From contig JAFGOI010000004.1 in the NCBI GenBank assembly GCA_016926555.1, positions 168,996-232,995 of the forward strand: DNA of 64,000 bases, read 5' to 3'. Source of the DNA: Patescibacteria group bacterium. GTDB taxonomy: Bacteria > Patescibacteriota > WWE3 > UBA101185 > UBA10185. The first letter of the stretch is position 1; every line of letters begins with the position of its first letter. Below, in pieces: positions 18,412 through 28,966 of the stretch. The notes beneath the pieces were generated by a model. It saw only the letters and a list, made by a program, of their open reading frames with translations. It was not told the DNA's origin and did no database searches. The translations under genes were made by a program, and so were the position numbers.

Positions 18412-19659
18412 ATGCCCAAAGATAAGATCATAACAGGGATCGATATTGGATCCACTAAAGTAAATACGACTATAGCCGCCGTATCTGAGAATAAGGTGTC
18501 AGTGATAGGTGTGTCCGGCGAGATACCTTCAAAGGGTATCAACAAAGGTAACGTAGTGGATATTGATAGCTCAGTTGAGGCTATAGCAAATTCTCTAGAA
18601 CGGGCGGAGCGAATGGCTGGAGTTTCAGTTCATTCAGCATTTGTAACGATAAACGGCAGCCATATAAACACCTTGAATTCTCATGGGGTGGTTGCGGTTT
18701 CACCAAATGAAAACTCTGAGATATCTCACGAGGACGTTGTAAGAGTAATTGATGCGGCCAAAGCTGTATCCCTACCTTCAACCAGAGAAATTATTCATGT
18801 TATACCAAGAGATTTTGTTGTGGATGCTCAGGAAGGGATAAAAGATCCTGTTGGCATGTCCGGTGTAAGGCTCGAAGTTGAGACTAATATAATTCATGGT
18901 TCTGCTACTGCCGCGAAAAATATTATAAAGTGTATTGATCAAGTTGGGGTTGCGGTTGAAGAACTCGTATATGTGGGAATAGCCTCATCAGAAGCTGTTC
19001 TGACTGATACTGAAAAAGAGTTGGGTACGATGCTTGTCGATATTGGAGGCGGTACAACCGCCACGATCGCTTTTATAGATGGAAGTCCGGTTCACTCTAC
19101 AGTTCTTCCAATTGGTGGAAAACTTATTACGAGTGATTTAGCAATTGGGTTACGTGCAAAATTAGAAGATGCGGAGAGGATCAAACTTGATTTAAGTATT
19201 AAAGCTAAGGTTTCAAAAGATAAAAGCGATGAAGATGAATTTGACTTATCCCACTATGGCTTGGAAATGGATTCGGCGCCAAAAAGTGTTTTGCAGGGAA
19301 TAATAGACGCAAGATTAAAAGAGATATTTGAGCTAGTATCCTTAGAGATGTCAAAAGCCGATCTCTATAAAAAACTTCCGGCAGGCATTGTGCTTACTGG
19401 TGGTGCAGCCCACACAGTTGGTATAGAGAGGTCCGCAAAAACGATTCTGAAATTGCCTGTTCGAGTTGGAACACCAAAGGGAGTAACTGGTTTGGTGGAT
19501 GAAATTCAAGGAGTTTCATCTGCTGCTGCGGTTGGTGCGATTATGTATGGGGCTAACCTATATAAAGAAGGTTCCCTATTGTCTTTGGATGACAAAAACG
19601 GTAATATTGGAAAAAGCGTCTCGAAATTTTTTGGAAAATTAAAATCCTTTTTGCCTTAA
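18412..19659 (+). CDS. ftsA: Cell division protein FtsA
   Basis: DIGSTK, DPVGMSGVRLE, DIGGGTT, VLTGG, C-terminal amphipathic helix. Confidence 0.96.
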   Translation: MPKDKIITGIDIGSTKVNTTIAAVSENKVSVIGVSGEIPSKGINKGNVVDIDSSVEAIANSLERAERMAGVSVHSAFVTINGSHINTLNSHGVVAVSPNENSEISHEDVVRVIDAAKAVSLPSTREIIHVIPRDFVVDAQEGIKDPVGMSGVRLEVETNIIHGSATAAKNIIKCIDQVGVAVEELVYVGIASSEAVLTDTEKELGTMLVDIGGGTTATIAFIDGSPVHSTVLPIGGKLITSDLAIGLRAKLEDAERIKLDLSIKAKVSKDKSDEDEFDLSHYGLEMDSAPKSVLQGIIDARLKEIFELVSLEMSKADLYKKLPAGIVLTGGAAHTVGIERSAKTILKLPVRVGTPKGVTGLVDEIQGVSSAAAVGAIMYGANLYKEGSLLSLDDKNGNIGKSVSKFFGKLKSFLP

Positions 19660-19682
19660 ACTGCCCGATATACAATTAGAAT

Positions 19683-20798
19683 ATGTTAGTAAAACCTGAA
19701 ATCGAAAGATTTGCAAAGATACGTGTCGTTGGAGTTGGCGGCGCGGGAGGAAACGTTTTAAACTCCATGATCGAGTCCCAACAGATTACTGGTGTAGAGT
19801 TTATTGCTATTAATGCGGACGCTCAGGATTTATCCATTAATAAAGCCCCCATCAAAATACCTATAGGACATGAGTTAACCGGAGGTTTAGGTTGTGGTGC
19901 GGATCCCACTTTGGGAAAAAAGGCCGGTGAAGAATCGGAAGGAGTGATTAGAAGTAATTTGGAAGGCGCAGATATGGTGTTTATTACTGCGGGAATGGGT
20001 GGTGGTACAGGAACCGGTGCCGCTCCGGTAGTAGCTCGTATTGCTAAAGAAGCTGGTGCTTTAACTATTGGTGTTGTTACAAAACCATTTGCTTTTGAGG
20101 GAGCTCAGAGATTGAAGAACGCCGAGTTGGGAATTGATGCATTAAGGAGTGAAGTTGACGCACTAATCACTATTCCGAATGAGAAGCTTTTAGAAATTGC
20201 TGATGAGACTATGTCTATTATAGAAGCGTTTAAATTATCAGATAGTGTGTTAAACCAGGGTGTACAGGGTATAGCGGATTTGATTGTGATGCCCGGGCTA
20301 ATTAACGTAGACTTTGCCGATGTGCGAACAATAATGAAGGACGCGGGGACAGCTTTGATGGGTATAGGGATTGGGACAGGTGAAACTAGGGCAGAAGAAG
20401 CTGCAAGAGCAGCTATATCATCCCCCTTACTCGAACAAAACATAGAAGATGCGACCGGTATTTTGTTTAATGTTGTTGGAGGTAATGATCTGGCCATGAA
20501 GGAAGTGGATAGGGCAGCGAACATTATAAGGGGTATTGCTTCCGCTGATGCAAATATTATATTTGGAACTTCTATAGATGAGAAACTAAGTGGACAGATG
20601 AAGATTACTGTTATAGCTACCGGTTTTGAAACAGAGGAATCGCCAATAAAAACTGCTATCCGGGAAAGTTTTGCACCCCGAGAGCAATTTACTTCGCTCG
20701 AGGAAGGTGTTTCTAAGGGAAAAGAGTCGCCCAAGGAAACCCCTTCGGGTGATTTAGATAGTAAATACGACATTCCAGCATTTTTAAGAGGCAAATAA
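19683..20798 (+). CDS. ftsZ: Cell division protein FtsZ
   Basis: GGGTGTG tubulin signature, INVDFAD T7 loop, DIPAFLR tail. Confidence 0.99.
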   Translation: MLVKPEIERFAKIRVVGVGGAGGNVLNSMIESQQITGVEFIAINADAQDLSINKAPIKIPIGHELTGGLGCGADPTLGKKAGEESEGVIRSNLEGADMVFITAGMGGGTGTGAAPVVARIAKEAGALTIGVVTKPFAFEGAQRLKNAELGIDALRSEVDALITIPNEKLLEIADETMSIIEAFKLSDSVLNQGVQGIADLIVMPGLINVDFADVRTIMKDAGTALMGIGIGTGETRAEEAARAAISSPLLEQNIEDATGILFNVVGGNDLAMKEVDRAANIIRGIASADANIIFGTSIDEKLSGQMKITVIATGFETEESPIKTAIRESFAPREQFTSLEEGVSKGKESPKETPSGDLDSKYDIPAFLRGK

Positions 20799-21010
20799 GT
20801 TTAGAATTCTTGCAACAAAAGCGAATGAGTTTTTTTGAAGTTTTATCTATAAGAAATAATGAGCATATACTAATGAGGGTTGTATTGTAAATTGTATAGA
20901 ATTTTGCAATGCTTAATAGTATATAGGTAAATAGTTTGGAGTAAGTTCATAGTCCGGCAAGCTCTACAAGGCAGTGGGAGATTGTTGGCTCGTGACCTTC
21001 CAGTTTCTGA

Positions 21011-23455
21011 ATGAGTTCATATCTTTATTTCTCTGATTCATCTGAGCTGCACAAAAATAGAGCAATTGAGTTTTCTGATAATTCAAGAAAAATACTAGAA
21101 AAAAGGTATTTGAGAAGAAATGAAGCTGGAGAGGTAGCTGAAACACCGGAAAAAATGTTTGAGAGAATCGCTACCGTTATAGCTGAACCGGACAGACCTT
21201 ACAGAGATGTAGAAAAGACTAAAATTGAGTTTTATAATCTCCTATCCAAGAAACGCTTTTTTCCGAACTCCCCGACATTTACAGGTGCAGGAACACCTTT
21301 AGGACAGCTGGCGGCGTGTTTTGTTCTGCCCATTGAGGATGATTTAGGCAAAAATCGGGCGGGTATATTTTCGACTTTATTAGTGGCGGCGTTGATTCAG
21401 CAATCCGGAGGGGGAAATGGCTTTTCTTTTTCCAATTTAAGGCCAAGAGGTGATAATGTTGCCTCGAGTAATGGTAAGGCAACAGGTCCGATCGGATTTC
21501 TATCCGTATATGATTCAGCTTTTGGCGAGATCGCGCAGGGTGGTATTAGACGAGGCGCGAATATGGCTGTATTGAAAGTGGACCATCCAGATATAAGGGA
21601 GTTTATTAAGTGTAAATCTTCTGAAGGCACTATTTCGAATTTTAACATATCTGTGACAATTACAGATGCGTTTATGGACGCGGTAAGGCAGGATACTACA
21701 TATGATCTAGTCAATCCAAGAACAGGTGAAGTAGTCGAGAGCCCCCCTGCGAGAGAAATATTTGACATGATAGTTGATTATGCATACAGAAATGGTGAAC
21801 CGGGCGTTTTGTTTATTGACACGGCCAATAAGTATAATCCTGTACCGCATAGATACAGATTGGAGGCAACAAATCCATGTGGGGAGCAGTGGTTGGGGCC
21901 TTATGAGAATTGTTGCCTGGGTTCAATAAATCTCGCCGAGCATGTAAATGATAACGGATATTTTAATTGGGAAGAACTTAGAAAGACTATAATTCTTAGT
22001 ACAAGGTTCCTTGATAACGTGGTTACCGCGAATGGCTACATTCCGAGTGTTCCAGAACTTCGTAAATCTGCGTATGAGGTTAGAAGAATTGGTCTTGGGA
22101 TAATGGGACTTGCAGATATTATGTACGCTCGGGGGATTAGGTATGGTAGTGACGAAGGGCAGGAATTTGCAGCTCAGATAATGGAATTTATTAGATTTCA
22201 TGCGATGAAGAGTTCAATTGAATTAGCTAGAGAGCGAGGTTCATTTCCCGCGATTAGAGGAAGTATATACGATCCGCAGAATATACAGTGGACTCCCCCC
22301 ACACCAATAAAGCCATTCGGAAGAGATTGGGGAAGGCCGGAAATTGATTGGGACGAGGTAACCGAGGGGCTGAAGTCTTATGGGATTAGAAATGGAGCAC
22401 AAACTACTATTGCACCTACTGGTACGATTTCCACCGTTGCAGGAATTGAAGGTTATGGATGTGAACCCGTTTTTGCGCTTGCCTATTACAGGAATGTTTA
22501 TCAAGCTGCTGGGGATGAAGGTACATTAACGTTGACGTACATAAGTCCAATGTTTGAGAAGGCGCTTAATAGTTCCGGTTTAGCGGAGGAACAGAAGAAA
22601 AATGTTATTGATGAAGTTATAAAAAAGGGTTCATGTCAAAATATAGATGAGATACCTGAACATGTAAAGAATACATTTGTGGTGTCAGCCGATATAAAGC
22701 CGGAAGAGCATATACTTATGCAGGCTTCACTCCAAGCTTTTGTAGACAATTCTATTTCTAAGACATGTAATTTTCCCGAATCGGCCACGAAAGATGATAT
22801 AGCAAAGGTGTATCTAATGGGTTGGGAATTAGGGTGTAAGGGACTGACGGTATATGTGACAGGTAGCAGAACAGAAGTAGTATTGGAAACCAAAGATACT
22901 AAAGATAAGAAGGATGGTGGTGCGTTTAATAAGCCAGTGGAGTTTGAGAGGGGGTATAAACTTGCGGGTTCTACGTATAAACTTCCCACACCTCAAGGAA
23001 AAGCTTTTATAACCGTTAATAAGGTTGCGGATGGAACACCGGTTGAAGTTTTTGCGAACGTTGGCAAAGCCGGTAGTGATGTTGCCGGTTTATCTGAGGC
23101 TTTAGGTCGGTTGATTTCCGGTTGGCTGAGGGTATCGCCATATCCGATAGAAACGGTAAAAGAAATAGTGCATCAGATGATTGGAATCGGTGGGTCGCAG
23201 TCAGTTGGTTTTGGAAAAAACAGAGTCACTTCCATACCCGATGCTGTGGCAAAAGTGTTGGTTGAAGAGTTCCAGCTGCGTGTTCGCCCAGGTGATGTGT
23301 ATGATGATAATGGGGCAGGGTCTCATGTAATAGAGAACGGTAAGAAGCAGAATGTGTTCGATAGGACGGATATGTGTCCGGAATGTGGAAACTATACGTT
23401 GGTGTATGAAGAGGGTTGTGCAAAATGCTACTTTTGCGGATTCTCGAAATGCTAA
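21011..23455 (+). CDS. nrdJ: Class II (adenosylcobalamin-dependent) ribonucleotide reductase
   Basis: [40 protein letters not shown]-terminal TSCPD-like region and CPECG...CGFSKC ribbon. The adjacent gene is an adenosyltransferase. Confidence 0.93.
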   Translation: MSSYLYFSDSSELHKNRAIEFSDNSRKILEKRYLRRNEAGEVAETPEKMFERIATVIAEPDRPYRDVEKTKIEFYNLLSKKRFFPNSPTFTGAGTPLGQLAACFVLPIEDDLGKNRAGIFSTLLVAALIQQSGGGNGFSFSNLRPRGDNVASSNGKATGPIGFLSVYDSAFGEIAQGGIRRGANMAVLKVDHPDIREFIKCKSSEGTISNFNISVTITDAFMDAVRQDTTYDLVNPRTGEVVESPPAREIFDMIVDYAYRNGEPGVLFIDTANKYNPVPHRYRLEATNPCGEQWLGPYENCCLGSINLAEHVNDNGYFNWEELRKTIILSTRFLDNVVTANGYIPSVPELRKSAYEVRRIGLGIMGLADIMYARGIRYGSDEGQEFAAQIMEFIRFHAMKSSIELARERGSFPAIRGSIYDPQNIQWTPPTPIKPFGRDWGRPEIDWDEVTEGLKSYGIRNGAQTTIAPTGTISTVAGIEGYGCEPVFALAYYRNVYQAAGDEGTLTLTYISPMFEKALNSSGLAEEQKKNVIDEVIKKGSCQNIDEIPEHVKNTFVVSADIKPEEHILMQASLQAFVDNSISKTCNFPESATKDDIAKVYLMGWELGCKGLTVYVTGSRTEVVLETKDTKDKKDGGAFNKPVEFERGYKLAGSTYKLPTPQGKAFITVNKVADGTPVEVFANVGKAGSDVAGLSEALGRLISGWLRVSPYPIETVKEIVHQMIGIGGSQSVGFGKNRVTSIPDAVAKVLVEEFQLRVRPGDVYDDNGAGSHVIENGKKQNVFDRTDMCPECGNYTLVYEEGCAKCYFCGFSKC

Positions 23456-23478
23456 TAATTTTGGTATAGCAAAAATAT

Positions 23479-24033
23479 ATGCCTTACTACACTAAAAACG
23501 GGGATGAAGGAAAGACAACACTATATAAAGGGAACGAACAAAAGTTCAAGTCCAGTGAGGTGTTTGACGTTTTGGGTACTCTTGATGAGCTTAACGCTTC
23601 GTTAGGATTTCAGCATATATCTCATATCAAAAGTATCAGCAGGCTTATAATTGAAATACAAAACGAGTTATTTGTTATTGGTAGTATTATAGCTAAAGAT
23701 TCCGCTGAACCGGTTAATGTAGAATATTGGGAAAATAAAATAGAACGGATGGAGAAGGAAATAATTTTCTATGATAAGGATCTTCCTGGACTTAGCTCTT
23801 TTGTTATTCCCGGAGGAACTAGTGAAGCAGTACATCTTCATGTGTCCCGCACAATTGCCAGAAGGCTAGAGAGGAGACTAGTATCTTATATAAACAGTGA
23901 GAATAAAAGAAATTACATTATTCTTGAAAAGTATATAAATCGTTTATCCGACTTATTATTTGTTTTGTCTCGCTATGCGAACAATGTACTAAATACTGAG
24001 GAAGTTTTTGTTAAGAATGCTAATATTATCTAA
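23479..24033 (+). CDS. PduO-type ATP:cob(I)alamin adenosyltransferase
   Basis: YTKNGDEGKT, GTLDELNA, FVIPGG, RTIARRLER, YINRLSDLLF. Confidence 0.92.
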   Translation: MPYYTKNGDEGKTTLYKGNEQKFKSSEVFDVLGTLDELNASLGFQHISHIKSISRLIIEIQNELFVIGSIIAKDSAEPVNVEYWENKIERMEKEIIFYDKDLPGLSSFVIPGGTSEAVHLHVSRTIARRLERRLVSYINSENKRNYIILEKYINRLSDLLFVLSRYANNVLNTEEVFVKNANII

Positions 24034-24167
24034 TGAAAAAATACTACATAAGCTTATTTCTGCTCTTGATGATTGGAATTGCAGCCATAATTTTTTTGGG
24101 GTACAGAGCAAATCAAGCTGATGAGTATTTTAAGTCTGGATCTCATGAAATCTATGAAGACTATTAA
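24033..24167 (+). CDS. Small single-TM protein (44 aa), below the ORF track cutoff
   Basis: TAATG overlap with the upstream stop; MKKYYISLFLLLMIGIAAIIFLGYRANQADEYFKSGSHEIYEDY*. Confidence 0.6.
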   Translation: MKKYYISLFLLLMIGIAAIIFLGYRANQADEYFKSGSHEIYEDY

Positions 24168-24187
24168 AATTTTGGTACTATACCCTC

Positions 24188-27034
24188 ATGTTTAAAGAAA
24201 TATTATCTGTTCCTGATCTGCCGAAAAATGAAGACGAGGTAATCCGATTTTGGAAAGAAATTGATATTGTCGAAAGACTAAAGGATTTAAGAAGATCCTC
24301 GGAAGAAAAAGTCTATTATGATGGGCCAATAACCGCAAATAATTTTCCCCATTATGGTCATGTTGTTCAATGGATTCTAAAGGATATGGTCCCGAGATAT
24401 TGGAGTATGAAAGGGTATTTTGTATCAAGAAATATGGGATGGGATTGTCAAGGTCTTCCTGTTGAAATTGAGGTTGAAAAGGCTCTGGGTTTCAATGAAA
24501 AGGGAGATGTACTCAAATATGGGATAGCTCCTTTTAATAAACTGTGTAAGGAGTCCGTTTTTAAATACCGCGATGCAATTTATGAATATGAAACCCGTAT
24601 TGGTAGATGGTTCGATGATAAAGATATGTATTACACACTTGATAAGGACTTTATTGAGAGTATATGGTGGGCTTTTAAGGAGCTATATGAAAAGGGTTTG
24701 ATATACAAGGGTTTAAAAGTTGTTGCTTACTCAACTCGGGCGGGGTGCTCGTTATCTCAGCACGAAGTTAGCGCCGGAGGTTACAAAGATATGGAAGATC
24801 CTACAGTTGTTGTAAAATTTAAGCTTCTTGACCGAGATAATACGTATATTTTGGCTTGGACGACTACTCCGTGGACCATCCCGGGTAACTTGATGCTTGC
24901 TATTGGAAAGAAAGTTAAGTATGTGAAAGTTGAGTATGAGAACGAGTTTTATATACTGGCCGCTACAAGAGTGGAGGATATATTTGGTGACAAAGAATAC
25001 AAAGTTTTGAAAGAAGTGAAACATGAGGATATTCTTGGTACGGAGTATAGTCCTCCTTATGATTACTTTGAGGGGAAACGCACAGAAGGAGCTTTTAGGG
25101 TGATATATGCCGACCATGCTAATGATGAGGAAGGTACAGGTATTGTTCATCTGGCGCCTTATGGAGAGGAGGATTTTTATGTATTTCAGGAATTAAGTAT
25201 AAAGATATTTGATTATTTGGATGAGACAGCCCATTTCACTAATATGCTTCCGTTATATAAAGGTTTGTTTTACAAGGATGCGAATCTGAGAATCACGGAA
25301 GATCTGAAAAAAAATGGGGTTTTATTTAGTAGTGATACATTTGTTCATAGAATGCCTCTGTGCTGGAGAACGAACACTCCTTTGATTTATAAACCGGTTG
25401 AGAGCTGGTATGTTGCAGTTACGGAACTTAAGGAAAGAATGCTTGAAGAAAATCAGAAAGTAAATTGGGTGCCGGACCATATCAAAAACGGAATATCTAA
25501 AAGTTGGTTGGAAGGTGCGCGAGATTGGGCTATCAGCAGGTCACGATTTTGGGGCACTCCTATGCCTGTTTGGGTAAATGATAAAACAGGTGAGCAAGTT
25601 GTTGTTGGATCGTATAAAGAGTTAAAACAAAAGTCGGGTATTATGGTAAACGATCCTCACAGACCCCATGTTGATGAAATAACCTGGAAGGATAAAGAAA
25701 ATGGAGGTGTGTTTAGGAGGATTCCTGATGTGCTGGATGTATGGTTTGATTCAGGATCGGTTCCGTTTGCGAAGCTTCACTATCCGTTTGAAAACAGCGA
25801 TATATTCAGTAAGAAAGTTCCTGCGGAGTATATTGCTGAATCAACAGAACAAGTGAGGTGGTGGTTTTATACAATGCATGTTTTAGGTGTGGCACTATTT
25901 GACCAAATTCCGTATAAATCTGCAGTAGTTCACGGAATAATGCTTTCAAAAGACGGAGAAAAGTTGTCAAAGAGTAAGAAAAATTACCCTCCAATGGACG
26001 AAGTGCTGGAAACGTTTGGTGCAGACGTTCTTAGAATGTTTGTTTTGACCTCCCCTATTGTTCAAGGAGAAAGTGCGAGATTTTATAAAGAGGCACTCGC
26101 AGATACAAAAAAAGAGTTTTTCCTGCCGCTTTGGAATTCTTTAAGATATTTTACAACCTACGCAAACATGCATATGTATGAGCCCCATTCTGGTGAACCC
26201 GTAGTTTACCATACACTTGATAAATGGATATTAGCCAGACTAGGAGAGACTATTAATAATGTTGATAACTACATGGGCGACTTACTGTTAATGCAAGCAT
26301 CGCGGGAATTAGTGCCGTTTGTTCAGGATCTTTCAACCTGGTACATAAGAAGGTCTAGAGATCGTATTAAGAACGGTGACCTGGAATCTCTGGACACTCT
26401 TTACTATGTACTGACTCAGATTAGTATTCTTATGGCCCCGATGGCGCCGTTTATGGCTGAGAGTATGTATAAGATATTAAATATGCAGGAATTGTTTAAT
26501 TTGGAATCAGTGCATCTCTGTTTGTATCCCGACAAAGTCGATTTAGCCTCTGAACAGTTAGAACTACTTGCAAACATGAAGGAAGATAGAGAGACGGTAA
26601 CTGCTTTATTGTCTGTAAGATCAAGTAGGGAAATTCCTGTACGTCAGCCTCTGTCGGATGTGGTGAGTGTCAAGAAAGTACACTATCCAAGTATTGTAAA
26701 AAGTGAAGTAAATGTTAAAGATTTGTCTCATGTTTCAAGTCTTAGTAAATACGTAGCCGGGGGTAACTATGCCCAAGATGAAAGCGGACAGGTGGCGCTT
26801 AATATAAAAATAACGGCGGAGCTTAAGTTGGAAAGGGGCAGGAGAGAAATGATACGAAAAATTCAGGATTTGCGGAAAAAGGCAGGACTTCAAGTAACCG
26901 ATGAAATAAAAGTTGTTTACGAAGGAACAAATGCAAACCATTCAATTGTGAAACATTTTGGGGATGATATAAAGTCGGAAGTTTACGCAAAAATTATAGA
27001 AGCAGGAGAGGATTTTTCGATAGAGAAATTATGA
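24188..27034 (+). CDS. ileS: Isoleucine--tRNA ligase (type 2)
   Basis: PHYGH (HIGH), GWDCQGLPVE, WTTTPWT, DWAISRSRFWGTP, KLSKS. No type-1 C-terminal Zn finger. Confidence 0.95.
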   Translation: MFKEILSVPDLPKNEDEVIRFWKEIDIVERLKDLRRSSEEKVYYDGPITANNFPHYGHVVQWILKDMVPRYWSMKGYFVSRNMGWDCQGLPVEIEVEKALGFNEKGDVLKYGIAPFNKLCKESVFKYRDAIYEYETRIGRWFDDKDMYYTLDKDFIESIWWAFKELYEKGLIYKGLKVVAYSTRAGCSLSQHEVSAGGYKDMEDPTVVVKFKLLDRDNTYILAWTTTPWTIPGNLMLAIGKKVKYVKVEYENEFYILAATRVEDIFGDKEYKVLKEVKHEDILGTEYSPPYDYFEGKRTEGAFRVIYADHANDEEGTGIVHLAPYGEEDFYVFQELSIKIFDYLDETAHFTNMLPLYKGLFYKDANLRITEDLKKNGVLFSSDTFVHRMPLCWRTNTPLIYKPVESWYVAVTELKERMLEENQKVNWVPDHIKNGISKSWLEGARDWAISRSRFWGTPMPVWVNDKTGEQVVVGSYKELKQKSGIMVNDPHRPHVDEITWKDKENGGVFRRIPDVLDVWFDSGSVPFAKLHYPFENSDIFSKKVPAEYIAESTEQVRWWFYTMHVLGVALFDQIPYKSAVVHGIMLSKDGEKLSKSKKNYPPMDEVLETFGADVLRMFVLTSPIVQGESARFYKEALADTKKEFFLPLWNSLRYFTTYANMHMYEPHSGEPVVYHTLDKWILARLGETINNVDNYMGDLLLMQASRELVPFVQDLSTWYIRRSRDRIKNGDLESLDTLYYVLTQISILMAPMAPFMAESMYKILNMQELFNLESVHLCLYPDKVDLASEQLELLANMKEDRETVTALLSVRSSREIPVRQPLSDVVSVKKVHYPSIVKSEVNVKDLSHVSSLSKYVAGGNYAQDESGQVALNIKITAELKLERGRREMIRKIQDLRKKAGLQVTDEIKVVYEGTNANHSIVKHFGDDIKSEVYAKIIEAGEDFSIEKL

Positions 27035-27046
27035 TATATTGTTAAT

Positions 27047-28429
27047 ATGCAAGACTTAATTGTATCTCTTAGTAAAAATACTGTTAAGGTCTCAACTGTA
27101 GGAAAAGAAGGTTTATCATATCAAAAAACTGAATTAGGTAATGATATAGCGGCCGACTTTTTGGTTAAAGATGTCCCGCGTTTTTCTGAAGAACTTGGCA
27201 ATCTAATTTCAAAAGTGACCCCAGCTTCCCCGAAAAATCTCTCTCTTACATTCTTGGCAGGTCCAGAGAAAACTCATTTTAAATTTGTTACTGTTGCAAA
27301 GGGTACAGAAGACGTGGAAGCTAAGGTTTTGGCGGAGGCACAGGAAAAACTGGAAGGAGTATCTCTTGAAAGCTTGTATTTTGGATATGAAAAAATAGCG
27401 CCTTTTGTCTATCAATTTATAGGAGTTGATAAGGAATTTCTTGAGACATTCATAGAAGTTTCAAATGTAGTTGGAATCTCTCTTAAAGCAGTGGTGCCTT
27501 GGGTTTTGCTTCTTCCTAAATACGCGGAAGTGAATAATCCCGCAATATTCATTGCAAACTATAACAACGAACAGGTAGTAGTTTTATCTGAATTGAACGG
27601 TGTTTTTTTCACAGAGGTTTTTGAGAGGGAACAAAAACCAAAGGAGTTGGAGAAATTAGTTCAACAGTTATCAATATATAAAAGATCTAACCCGATAAAT
27701 AAAATTTATACACTCAACTACGAGAATTTATTTATGGATTCTGGGTATGAAGTAGAGAATCTGCAGGTTCCGAATGAAGAAATGTTCGAAGAGAGTGGTT
27801 ATGAACTAAATGTACTAGCAAATTATATGATGGATACGCACAAAGAGTTATTTTTACGCCAGCTCAACCTGCTTAACCTACTTCCAGTTCCTGTTGAAGT
27901 TGAAAAGAAAAGTAAAGCACTTGTATATGTCGGGTCTGTCTTAGCAGTAGTATTAGTCGTGGGAGGGATTCTTCTTGTTAAATCTAGAGGCAATAAAAGT
28001 GGGGAGGATATGTTAGCAGGTAATGGCAGTGAGGCTACAGACGTTCTAAGTGAGAATGTTGAAACACAGGAACCCACGGAGGATACTCATGCGGAACAAA
28101 CAGGGCAGACACAAGAAGTTGAGGAACAGCTCTCAAGAGAAGATCTTAGTATACGTGTGGAGAACGGTGCTGGTATATCTGGTGTGGCCGGAAGAACAAG
28201 AGATCGCCTAGAAGAGTTTGGTTATGTAATCGGAGACAACATCGGAAATGCAGATGAGGTGGGGAATTCTGAGACAGTACTGAGGTTCAAAAAAGATAAG
28301 GTTAAGTATCAGGATTTATTGAAAGAGGACATGAAAGAAGTTTATTTGGATATAGTAGTTGAAGACACACTTGACGATTCGGCTGAATATGATCTGCTAA
28401 TTACTGTCGGAACAAATATCGAAGAGTAG
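27047..28429 (+). CDS. Bitopic protein: PilM/GspL-like cytoplasmic region, TM, acidic linker, LytR_C-like domain
   Basis: C-terminal IRVENGAGISGVAG...GNAD...DLLITVG matches the LytR_C pattern. The N-terminal assignment is tentative. Confidence 0.65.
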   Translation: MQDLIVSLSKNTVKVSTVGKEGLSYQKTELGNDIAADFLVKDVPRFSEELGNLISKVTPASPKNLSLTFLAGPEKTHFKFVTVAKGTEDVEAKVLAEAQEKLEGVSLESLYFGYEKIAPFVYQFIGVDKEFLETFIEVSNVVGISLKAVVPWVLLLPKYAEVNNPAIFIANYNNEQVVVLSELNGVFFTEVFEREQKPKELEKLVQQLSIYKRSNPINKIYTLNYENLFMDSGYEVENLQVPNEEMFEESGYELNVLANYMMDTHKELFLRQLNLLNLLPVPVEVEKKSKALVYVGSVLAVVLVVGGILLVKSRGNKSGEDMLAGNGSEATDVLSENVETQEPTEDTHAEQTGQTQEVEEQLSREDLSIRVENGAGISGVAGRTRDRLEEFGYVIGDNIGNADEVGNSETVLRFKKDKVKYQDLLKEDMKEVYLDIVVEDTLDDSAEYDLLITVGTNIEE

Positions 28430-28495
28430 TAACACAAGCTGTAAAGGGGCACATAATTGCAAAATATCCTTTGAATACGTATAATAGCACGGCGT

Positions 28496-28963
28496 ATGAA
28501 GTATGCAGTAATCCGTTTAGGCGGAAAACAATTTATAGTAAAAGAGAAAGACAAGATTGAATTGGAAAGACAACAGTCTCCATTAAATGTTGATGTTTTG
28601 CTATATTCTGAGGATGAGAATGTCTTAATCGGCGAGCCGGTTCTCGATAAAGTCTTAGTTGAGGCTGAGGTAGTTGAGGAGAAAAAGGGCGATAAAGTCC
28701 GTGTGGTAAGGTTTAAATCTAAATCAAGGTATAGGAAAGTAAAAGGGCACAGACAGCCATTGAGCGTTGTTGAGATAAAAAAGATATCGCTTTCTTCTTC
28801 CTCGAGCCTGAAAGCAAAACCAGCCGCAACAGAGAAAAAGGTAGAGCCCAAAGAAGTTGAAAGTAAGGAAAAGAAATCCAACACAAAAAAAGATGTAAAG
28901 GATAAGAAAGTTAGTGCAAGGAAAAGTATGCCAAGTGCTAAAAAGGAAGGAGCTAGAAAATAG
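28496..28963 (+). CDS. rplU: 50S ribosomal protein L21 with Lys-rich C-terminal extension
   Basis: YAVIRLGGKQF...KGHRQP. Confidence 0.95.
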   Translation: MKYAVIRLGGKQFIVKEKDKIELERQQSPLNVDVLLYSEDENVLIGEPVLDKVLVEAEVVEEKKGDKVRVVRFKSKSRYRKVKGHRQPLSVVEIKKISLSSSSSLKAKPAATEKKVEPKEVESKEKKSNTKKDVKDKKVSARKSMPSAKKEGARK

Positions 28964-28966
28964 TAT

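Noticed and set aside
20105-20794. 229-aa antisense ORF over ftsZ, and the many other shadow ORFs in the track
   Set aside because: They fully overlap well-conserved genes on the opposite strand or in another frame, and show no motifs or start signals.
20890-20925. NrdR boxes or a canonical cobalamin riboswitch upstream of nrdJ
   Set aside because: Only weak AT-rich resemblance to the NrdR consensus; the conserved riboswitch core elements could not be placed in order.
21011-23455. Intein or intron in nrdJ, polA or uvrA
   Set aside because: Lengths are ordinary, the motifs are contiguous, and no intein splice motifs or homing endonuclease motifs were seen.
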